The notes under the pieces: model-generated
The model's database searches: none
Told to the model about the DNA's origin: nothing
What the model saw: only the letters and a program-made list of their open reading frames with translations
Program-made: the position numbers and the translations under genes
Assembly: GCA_951406725.2 (NCBI GenBank)
Contig: OX597817.1
Span: 94,612,001 to 94,676,000 of the forward strand
Direction: 5' to 3'
Origin: Octopus vulgaris
Taxonomy: Eukaryota
DNA: 64,000 bases
Part shown: piece after piece, positions 54,400-64,000 of the stretch
Layout: every line of letters begins with the position of its first letter
How positions within the stretch are numbered: the stretch's first letter is position 1

Positions 54400-57300
54400 C
54401 AAGTAACCTTAGATGCCAAAAAGCCTCCAAAGTATCCTAGCTGTTCCTAATAACATTGTTTTCTGGAGCTGTACAAAACTGGGTTTTATGCCCATTTCAT
54501 CTATCCATCTGTTCAAATATATAGGGATACTTCCCAATGCACCTAGAACTACTGGGATACATTTTACCCAAACTTTCCATAGTCTCTGTAATTCAATGGC
54601 TAGGTCCTGGTACTTTGCTATATTTTATATACCTCACATATTCATTTTTTCATCATTTGGGATTGTAAAGTCAATCATCTGGTACTTTCTATTCTCTTTA
54701 TCAACTACTACTAAATCAGGACTTCTAGCTTCTATTATTCTGTTATTCTTAATGTTAAAGTCCTACAACATTTTATATTTCTTACTTTCTAGTACTTTAC
54801 AAGGTTCAAGTTCATACCATTTATTAATATGTTCAAATCCTAGCTTTCTACATAACTCCCAGTGGAATACTCTCCCTAAGTTGTCATGTCTTTTCTTGTA
54901 TTCTTTCTGTGCCAGCATGCCACATGAGTAACGCTTTCATCTTTTGATTTGCATAGCCCACATCGAGAATCTACTTAGTTTTTGTCATCTTGACTTTTAT
55001 CCAATTAGTCCTTAATGCTTGATATTATGCTGTTATTAACAAACTTTCTGTCTCTCTTTTCAGCCTTCCTTTCTGAAAGCATAATCATATCTCACTACCA
55101 CTATTTTCTGCAACTATCTTTGGGAATCAACCAAGCAAAGCCTTCTCCTGCCAGTCAGATAACCACTGCACTTTTTTCTAGATTTTAACTTCGGTTGGGT
55201 TTTTAGCTTCGTTTGGATTTCTCTGTCTTGCTGTGACTCTATCAGCTTCTAATAAACTTTCTTTACTATTACTTTCATAAGAGTCTATATCTACCCTAGC
55301 TAGATCCACCCTTTTCTGCTTTCCTTTCTAGATAAGTATAATCTTACTACTCCTGCCCTAGGGCGGAGTCCTTCATTCAAATTGAATTTCTCTCCAGTTC
55401 TTCTGTCTAGCTTTGCTAGTTCAGTTTTTTTTCTAATATACGAAAGCTGTTAAGTATCTAAGTAATGATATTACCCAAGTATTTACAGCTTTCACTGGAT
55501 TCGGACCATTTGGTTTTGACTTCATTAGCTTCCTTACTCTTCTAATATATCCCTTCTCAACTTTCGTTTTCATTTCTATAGTCAGTACTCTGTCAAAATC
55601 TAATACTTCTAGAGACTTATAAACCTCTCTTCCTTTCGATCATTTTAATGTCTGCCCATCTGGTAATTGGATTCCTTCACTGTTGACTACTTGTCCCCTT
55701 CTCATGACTAATATTGCACACTTATCTCTGGCAAATTCCATGCCTATATCTTTACAGAAGAGTCCTACAGTCCGTATTGAAGAATCTTAAACTCAGGGGG
55801 ATCAAACATAAGACAAATATTAAAGAGGATAGCGAGTCCCTTTGGAAAATTCCTCCCTTGACATTAACTTTCCCTAAGACTGTATTCACCCGAGTAAAGA
55901 TCTACTTTCTATTTCCTCATGTTACAGCTAATTAATTCTCTTATGTTGTCTGCTATATTGAATATACTCGAACATTCAGTCATCCATGAGTGTGAGATTA
56001 TGTCATAGGCTTTCTGATAATCTATATAAGCTATTGTTAGATTTTTCTTTCTAGCTTTTAATTCATTTAGAACTGCTTTTTCTATGTATCATGCGTTCTT
56101 CTAGCCTTCTTTCTGAAGCCTTTCTGTTCTGGGAGGAAACTCTGGTTGACAAGGTGCTCGTAAATGCTTTCTGAAAGCATTCCTGTTCGCTGCTTCTACA
56201 CTAATGGTAACTAAGTGATTGGTCTATAATTGCTAGCTGTATTGTCCTTGCTTTTATCTTTCATAAAGAGTATTGTCCTCCCTCTAGTCATCCAATCTAG
56301 TATTATTCCTCCACTTAGGTAATCCTCGAGTTGTTCCCTCAACCTCCCATGTAAACTACTAAATTTCTTTAGCCAGTACCCTTGAACTAAATCTGGTCCT
56401 GAGCCCTTCGGCATTTTCCTAGCACTTTACTCAATGCGCTAGTCTTAGATCTGGCTGCTTCTCACTCATTTTCTTTAACCATACTGCATCATCTCCATTG
56501 ACTGGTTTATCCCAACTATTACTCCAGAACTTTCTAGCTTCTTCAACATTAAGTTTCTCATCTTCAGTACTTCGTTCTCCACTATTTATTTTGTTATAAA
56601 ATCTCTTCTGGTCTATTTCAAATAGTCTATAATTTGATACTGATCTATTCTTTTCTGATATCTGGAGAGCTTACCTGCAACTGCTATGATACGCTGTTTC
56701 AACTTTTCAATGACTGTCCCAAATCCTTCTCTTTGATTACGTATCTTTTCTCAAGAGAAGATTTGCATCTTGTATTTCCTAACTTATTCAGTTTCCAGGC
56801 TTCTGTTCTACTCAGATCATGTCTTAAAATCTTCATTTTATTTTGTAATCTCCTTTTCCACATTTGCTCTTTCTTAATCTTTCCTTGTGGAATATCTCAT
56901 CTTCAAGTAACTACTACCCACTCCTGCATAGATCAATAAGTTAGTGTCTCCAATATTTTTAGTATCTGTCCTACTGTTAACAGAATCTCCTTTCCTAGTC
57001 ATATCTAGCAGCTGCCTTCTATTGATACCTTTTTAATACTGGCAATCTTTTTCTTATTTCTTTACTCATTACTTCCTGCAACTCATCTAAAATCTTCTGA
57101 TCTTCCTCACTTAAATCACTTAAGACGCTGATGCCTGTTGTCTCTTCTTTATTGGAAGTTCTATTATTATTTTTCCTTTAGGTTCTTCTTTGGTTTGAGA
57201 TGTATCTCTTATGTTGTTTGTCTTTCCTACTGCCTGGTCTTTCCTTTCCAGTTCTCTTGTGATCTCTTCCACCTCCAATTTTCTCATACACTTTATTCTC

Positions 57301-57700
57301 CTAACAGCATTAGCTTGATCTACTAATCCTTGCACAGTCACTTTTAACATACCCTTCTCTATCTAAAGTGTTAAAATCCGTTTCCTACAGCCCTTTCTTT
57401 TAGGTTCACTTTCTAAGGAGCACTGCATCACTATCCTGTTTTTTTCGATGGTCCACTTCCCCCTCCTTACTCTATCATCTGCTGATGCAGTATTATGATA
57501 ACAGCTGTGGGCAGTCTGCATATTCACTGAACCATTGTCAAGCGAGAGGCCTTTCGTTAAAGGTCCAGCTTCATTTTCGCTGTTACAGCCAGGGTTTCTG
57601 CGGAAACTCTTGTCTCTCGTGATCTGAGGTAAGGTAACGTTCGTTACCAATGTCATCAACACTAATATTTTTCGACATATGATAGTTTCAAGCAAGTTTC
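54400..57700 (-). mobile_element. Near full-length, heavily decayed R4/Dong-type LINE
   Basis: KGSGPDLVQGYWLKKF, NYRPIT, GIFQRDSLSSL, RRGKWT..NRIVM and an RPD motif near 54715. Confidence 0.78.
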
Positions 57701-58505
57701 TATTGCATCATTTGTTGCAGCTCTGTGCTGGTGAGATGGTGTGTGTTGCATTTGTTTTTCTTTTTTTGAGGAAGTAGGAGAGAATATTGTATTGCATCAG
57801 TATGGGAGAATATTGTATTCATCAGTATGTTTTGTTATGGGGTTTGGTTTGAGTTTTCTGTTGTATTAGTTTTTGTATTGTGCTGTTTGTACAGCATAGC
57901 TTGTGTTCTTCTGTTGGGTATCGGACTTCTATGGCATACATAGGCTTTGTTCATTTTGTTGGGTATTTACTGTATGAGTTTATTCATGTATGTTTTTGGA
58001 TGAGCGTTGCTTAGTAGTGTGTGTATATCATAAATCAACTATTTCATAGTATTAATGGTTATCTATCCATCGTTGTTTCTTTTGGGGTTGGTTTTGTTAT
58101 GAGTCCGTCTTTACAGCGTTTACTTTTTAGCAGAACACCGCCCACGGACATGTGTTGATGTTTCTCTAGTCTTTATAATTATTATTGATGTATAAACGAG
58201 GGACCGAGAAGAAACAGCAATTCGCATATATAGAGAGGTATTGTATAAATATGGATATATATGTAATAAAAATTTGAAATTTAATACTTTACTCACAGCC
58301 GAGAGACCGAGAAGAAACAACAATACGCATATATATAGAGGTCTTATATGAATATGGAAGTATTTGTAATTAAAATTTGAAAGTTTTAATTTCACTCACA
58401 GGCTTGGAGTTTTCGTATAGATATATTTTATTGCAGTCTATGTGTCTACATTTTTACGCGCGTGTTGCTTGGCAGTGCATCTGAGGGAATCTATTTTTAT
58501 ATGCA

Positions 58506-58755
58506 CAGGGTTGGCCAAAAGTCACCCGATAGTAAATCAAAATTCCATAAATGCTATCTGTAATTCTGTAAAGACTCGAATGGAAAAATGTTTAGTTCAA
58601 GGAGTTCAGTTTGAACAATTTTCCTGATATTTCATATCCAGATGCTTGTATTAAATTCATTCAGTTGTTAAACATACATAAAACATACATACGTAAATCA
58701 AAACCATGAATTAAATGGTTTTAATTTACTGTCGGGTGACTTTTGGCCAAACCTG
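58506..58755. mobile_element. MITE with ~32-bp TIRs (Tc1/mariner-like ends)
   Basis: CAGGGTTGGCCAAAAGTCACCCGATAGTAAAT / ATTTACTGTCGGGTGACTTTTGGCCAAACCTG. TA on the right flank, CA on the left. Confidence 0.8.
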
Positions 58756-58769
58756 TATGTATATATATG

Positions 58770-58877
<108 letters not shown>

Positions 58878-58978
58878 ATATATGTATGTATAAGGGTGGA
58901 AAGGAACACACGAGTTGATATATATGAAAAAACAAGTCAAAAATAGAAAATGCTAAGATAATTTTATAGTGAATCTTT

Positions 58979-59016
58979 CAGTACCGGTTTCGGTCATTTT
59001 GAGACCTTTTCAACTG
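58979..59016 (-). ncRNA. Minimal hammerhead ribozyme, U3-A8 variant
   Basis: Reverse complement of 59283-59320. Confidence 0.82.
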
Positions 59017-59282
59017 TAACGATTAAATAATTAAATTTAGAAAAATTAGAAGAAAAGTTTTTTTTAAAAGAATATTTCTATAGTAGTGTTCAGATATAAG
59101 TGGCATTCTGCCTTTCTCAGACTCCCTTGTTTGCACTTGTGTGTTCGACCTCGAACACACAAGTGCAAACAAGAGAGTCAGAGAAAGGCAGAATGCCACT
59201 TATATCTGAACACTACTATAGAAATATTCTTTTAAAAAAAACTTTTCTTCTAATTTTTCTAAATTTAATTATTTAATCGTTA

Positions 59283-59320
59283 CAGTTGAAAAGGTCTCAA
59301 AATGACCGAAACCGGTACTG
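59283..59320 (+). ncRNA. Minimal hammerhead ribozyme, U3-A8 variant
   Basis: CAG-UUGAAAA-GGUC(UCAAAAU)GACC-GAAA-CCGG-UA-CUG. Confidence 0.82.
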
Positions 59321-59369
59321 AAAGATTCACTATAAAATTATCTTAGCATTTTCTATTTTTGACTTGTTT

Positions 59370-59404
<35 letters not shown>

Positions 59405-59405
59405 G

Positions 59406-59518
<113 letters not shown>

Positions 59519-60244
59519 TACTTATAAGAAAATTCTTTCAGTTTCCAGAGATGGCATACTTCAAAACAGTTTTCTTTCGTTGTTTTTGCGGATTCTTAAT
59601 TCCTGCTGCGTGATGTTTTCAGATATGACCTATCTTCCCGGCAACTCGCTGTCACACGTCCATGCTGTTTGCTATTCGCTGCAGTGTTCTTGTTTCTGTT
59701 TATTCCTATATGTTTTTGGATGAGTGTTACTTAGTAGTGAGTGTAAATCATAAATCAACTATTTCATAGTAGTCATGATTATCTGTCCATTGTTCTTTCT
59801 TTTTCTGGTTGATTTTGTTATGGATCCGTCTTTACAGCGTTTGCTTTTTGACAGAACATGGCCCATGGACATGTGTAGATTTTTTTTTTTTTCGTAGTTA
59901 TAATTATTATGGATGTATAAGCAAGGGACCGAGAAGAAACAGCAATTTGCATACATAGAGAGGTATTGTATAAATATGGACGTATATGTAATAAAAATTT
60001 TACTCATAGACTTGCCGTTTCGTATAGAAATATTGCAGTGCATGTGTCTACATTTTTACGCGCGTGTTGTTGTAGCGGCACATCTGAAGGAAACTATTTT
60101 TATATATACTCCATATAAGAAAACTCTTTCAGTTTCCTGAGATGGTTTACATTAAAACAGTTTTGTTTCATTGATTTTGCAGTTTCTTAATTCCTTCTTC
60201 GTGATGGTTTCAGATTTGATCTATCTTCCCGGCATGATGTTTGC

Positions 60245-60283
<39 letters not shown>

Positions 60284-60432
60284 CGTCGTCGTCGTCGTCG
60301 TCGTCGTCGTCATCATCATTATTATTATTATTATTGTTGTTGTTGTTGTTATTGTTATTGTTATTGTTATTGTTGTTGTTATTGTTATTGTTGTTGTTGT
60401 TGTTGTTGTTATTATTATTATTATTATTATTA
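60245..60432. repeat. Compound (ATT)/(GTC)/(GTT) microsatellite
   Basis: Seen directly. Confidence 0.95.
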
Positions 60433-60559
60433 ATATTTCTGTCTGCAGCAAGAAGATGCGCGTTCGTGGCTCGAAAGTTTTCCTGAAAATTCGTTGTTTT
60501 ATTAGTTAGCATTCCAAAATTTGTCGAACTGTTAACTAAATAACCCAACTCATTTCAAA

Positions 60560-62362
60560 TGGGGTCAGCTGGTGTGGCTACACAGATAACAGGGGACGCT
60601 TTGACACAGCTGAGGTGAAGTTCTCAACTGAAAAGTTAGCCAAAAAAATGCCACAACAACCCTCAAAAGTGAGGAATTATATCTAATTATGACATACTTC
60701 GGTCACAGGGTTATCAAAATAAAAGTAGTTAAGGTGCCACCAGAAGTGAATGTATTATACAGCATAGAGGACAAAATAAAAATTCTGCAAGTCTGGGACA
60801 TTTCCTTGGGACCATGAATAAAGAAATGGTCGTAGAGACACCCACTGATAGCTAGGACAGAACATCTGTCTCTCCACAGAAATGGTGTAAGTGATTCTCT
60901 TCATGTTTCTATCTGACAGTTATGGCCTTGCTCAGAATAGACAGTATAAATGCATGTGGCCTGGGTTGCCTTGGAAACATGGCCATTGATTCAATAACCT
61001 CAGGTCACTAAGTTTAGATGTAGTGGCTATAAGTGAAACCCAGTTCTCCGACCGATGAGCTTCCATGTCCATTTTCGGTGAGGGGGTGTGGAGGTGTGGA
61101 ACTGCATTGTTATTCCGGAGAAGTCTGGATCTCAAGATAAGAACTCATCCTGGATTCAGAAAGTAGGTTGATGGTCCTGGATGTAACCAGTAGCGACAGG
61201 GGCGTCTTTAGACAAGTGTCCGTTTATGCTACCTCAGGGAGAGGACAACCAGATTTCTTCGGATGTCTGGAGGTTTTCCTGGGAACGTCTTGAACATCAG
61301 TGCTAATGGGTGACTGGAACCCCACCTTGGACGCACGTTTGGATTTTGTGGGGCTAGCTATAAGAAGAGGCAGGTGAAAAAGCCTCTCAAACCTGCGCTG
61401 ACATTTTCAACTGTCTGACAGATACTGACTAGATTTCTCGAATGTGCCAGTGTTGACATGAACAAACCATATTGGGTCACCTGGGTATTATCTAGATAGA
61501 GTATTCTGTAGGCCGGTAGATAATATAAGTATAAGTTGTCCAATTTTTTTAAATAGTGGGCTACACAGATCACAGATTTGTGATCTACACTTCGCTATAG
61601 AAATCGTTAGCGAATTAGTTAAGTGGGCGTTGACGAGGTTATTTTAAAGACAATTAAAGTAGAATCGATTAGGTTTAGTAAGGCATTAACAATAGAGAGG
61701 AATATAATAGAAGGAAACTTAGTAGGAAATTTAGAAGCCGCTGGTTGGGCCCGAGTGGCAAAGGTGCAACGTGGCAACAATCCACAATTCGGTTTTTCGT
61801 GGACCAAAATGGGCGCACGATACACGAACTCGAGCAGATGTGTGAAGCACTTCAGTAGTACTTCCCCGAACTCTTGAGGACAAATGACATCCGAAACGTA
61901 GGATGGACTTCAATGCCTACTTCGACGGCATGCCACGACTCTCGGAGTGGAGCGTTGCGAAATGCCGATAACAGCCGCGAAAATATAGGATGCGATGATG
62001 GGCGACACGGGGAGCAAATTACCTGATTCGGATGGTCTGCGCTATGAGCTTTACCTTTATATGCCAGACCTTGATGGGCGGCCTCTTAGCAGATATCTAC
62101 CGTAACTAGCATCGGAACAGGAAAATTCGTAGTTTTGAGAGTCGAGGAGCGTTGGCACTGCTGAGAAAGGATCGAAACAAGGGGGATCAAATAGAAAATT
62201 TTAGGCCCATAACGCTGCTGAGCGCAGGTTTCAAAATTTTGGTCAAGGTGTTAGCAAAGAGGTTGCCACTTCTCGTCAAGGAGCTGATTGGTGATGCGCA
62301 AACATGCGCCATTCCAAGCAGATCCATCCATGACAACCGCCACTTCGTGCGATACATCATAG
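60560..62362 (+). mobile_element. Tx1/L1-clade LINE relic (possible ORF1 piece, AP endonuclease, RT start)
   Basis: DVVAISETQ, LMGDWN, YLDRVF, YTDH and NFRPITLLSAGFKILVKVLAKRL..QTCAIPSRSIHDN. Confidence 0.82.
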
Positions 62363-63135
62363 CCGGAATAAATTACGACAAAGTATTGCATCTTCGACAA
62401 CGTTAACGAGTCCGCCAACGAATTTTCAGCTCTTTATAGTGATGTTCCTTTGTTACAGAAAAACAAAGACTAACTCTCTAAAGACCGGACTTTCATTAAG
62501 TCTTTACAAAAGAACAACAATTTTCACTTTGGCTGCTTTATGTTTCTTTCATGTGCTACATTTTTATTCATTTCTGTAAAGCATTTTTATGTTTTTATAT
62601 TTGATTCTCTTTTCCCGCATTGCTTTCTTTCAACTTTTGTTGTTGCTGCTGATGCTGCTGCTGCTGCTATAGCTGTTGCTATTGTCGTTATTATTTCTTT
62701 CTTATTGTTGCTTTTGCAGTTGATGCCGTTGTTGCTGCTGCTGCTGTTGTTGTTGATGTCGTTGTTGTTATTGTTATTGTTGTTTGATTGTTTGTTTTAT
62801 TGCTGTTGGTTTTACTGTTAATGTTGCTGCCATTGTTGTGCTGTCATATATTTTGTATCGTTTACTTAATTTCTAAGAAGATTGTGCTAGGAGTTTATTT
62901 TTAAGGAATTAACGAATCAAAAGGAAATTTATGATCCAAACACTCAAAGTATTTGAAGTTTTTATATTTTACTAAGCAACCATTTAACAGAACAAAACAT
63001 ACTAGAACAACTGCAGCATTAGACTGCATGATACAGTAACAATGATGAGAGTAACTACAACAGGAATAATGATGATGGTGATAGGTGAAGTGGTAATGGC
63101 GTTTGCGAAATGTATGTGTATATATATATATATAC

Positions 63136-63180
<45 letters not shown>

Positions 63181-63297
63181 CTTATATATATGTATCTATA
63201 TATATGTGTGTATGTTTGTGCGTACATAAATACATTCATACATACATACATACATACATACATACATGCATACATACATGCATACATATATATCTCC

Positions 63298-63510
63298 CTT
63301 ACTCTTTACTCTTTTACTTGTTTCAGTCATTTGACTGTGGCCATGCTGGAGCACCGCCTTTAGTCGAGTAAATCAACCCTAGGGCTTATTCTTTGTAAGC
63401 CTAGTACTTATTCTATCGGTCCCTTTTGCCGAACCGCTAAGTTACGGAGATGTAAACACACCAGCATCGGTTGTCAAGCGATGTTGGGGGGATAAACACA
63501 GAGACAAACA
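63298..63510 (-). mobile_element. SINE family A, 3' part
   Basis: Matches 1447-1650. Confidence 0.85.
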
Positions 63511-64000
63511 TATAACTACAATGACTGTCCCTAATAACTATATTAGGCCTTTTGCAATATATAGAAGTCTTGGTGGGAAAGCCCTACCAATATTGATATG
63601 AGTTGATTTGTATACATGTATATATTTTTGTATGTATGAATGTCATTATTTAGTTTTATTTCAAGATTTCTTGCTAAAAGAGAAACAGCCAGTTTCTAAC
63701 CTAGATCCAAGGTTCATTCATTGGAATTTAAACATCAACAGGGTATTTTTGCATGTATGCGTGTGTGTATGTGCAGAATTTGGAGAGAGTGCATGTGCAG
63801 ATTTGTATGTTTTCTTTTATGTATATATTTTCATGCATATAATTGTTTTACAGAATTTTACAGTTCCGGTGATGGTTTGGATCTGCAGTCTTCGAAACAG
63901 CTTTCTCCTTTCTGCTTTATGTTGCTTTCGTGTGCTACGTTTTTATTCATTTCTGTAAAGCAGAAATGTACTTCTGTAAATATTTGTTTCCGTTTTCCCA

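Larger units (their letters stand above)
58929..59370. mobile_element. 442-bp hairpin element (220-bp arms, 2-nt loop) with HHR motifs, in (TA)n
   Basis: Centre TTCGA-CC-TCGAA at 59144-59155. Only two arm mismatches noticed. Confidence 0.92.

Overview
Eukaryotic, AT-rich, microsatellite-dense non-genic or intronic DNA. The SINE families and repeat landscape point to a coleoid cephalopod, most likely Octopus (inference). No host protein-coding gene can be supported, and most ORFs in the track are microsatellite read-through. The window is a patchwork of mobile elements: Penelope-like elements (PLEs, including a young Hydra-type copy with an uninterrupted 613-aa RT+GIY-YIG ORF), R4/Dong, RTE, Tx1/L1 and CR1 LINE relics, a full-length decayed Chapaev3-type DNA transposon, non-autonomous Helitrons, a MITE and many tRNA-derived SINEs. 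The main signal is a system of fold-back insertions, mostly in (TA)n or (GATA)n, that carry hammerhead ribozyme (HHR) motifs. At least six unrelated families share one head-to-head architecture with RNA 3' ends facing outward. One is a 363-nt non-coding, retrozyme-like monomer present as circularly permuted tandem and inverted copies. The HHRs include U3-A8 covariant cores, very long stem-II insertions and palindromic stem III. All motifs were read by eye, so edge coordinates are approximate and ribozyme activity is untested.
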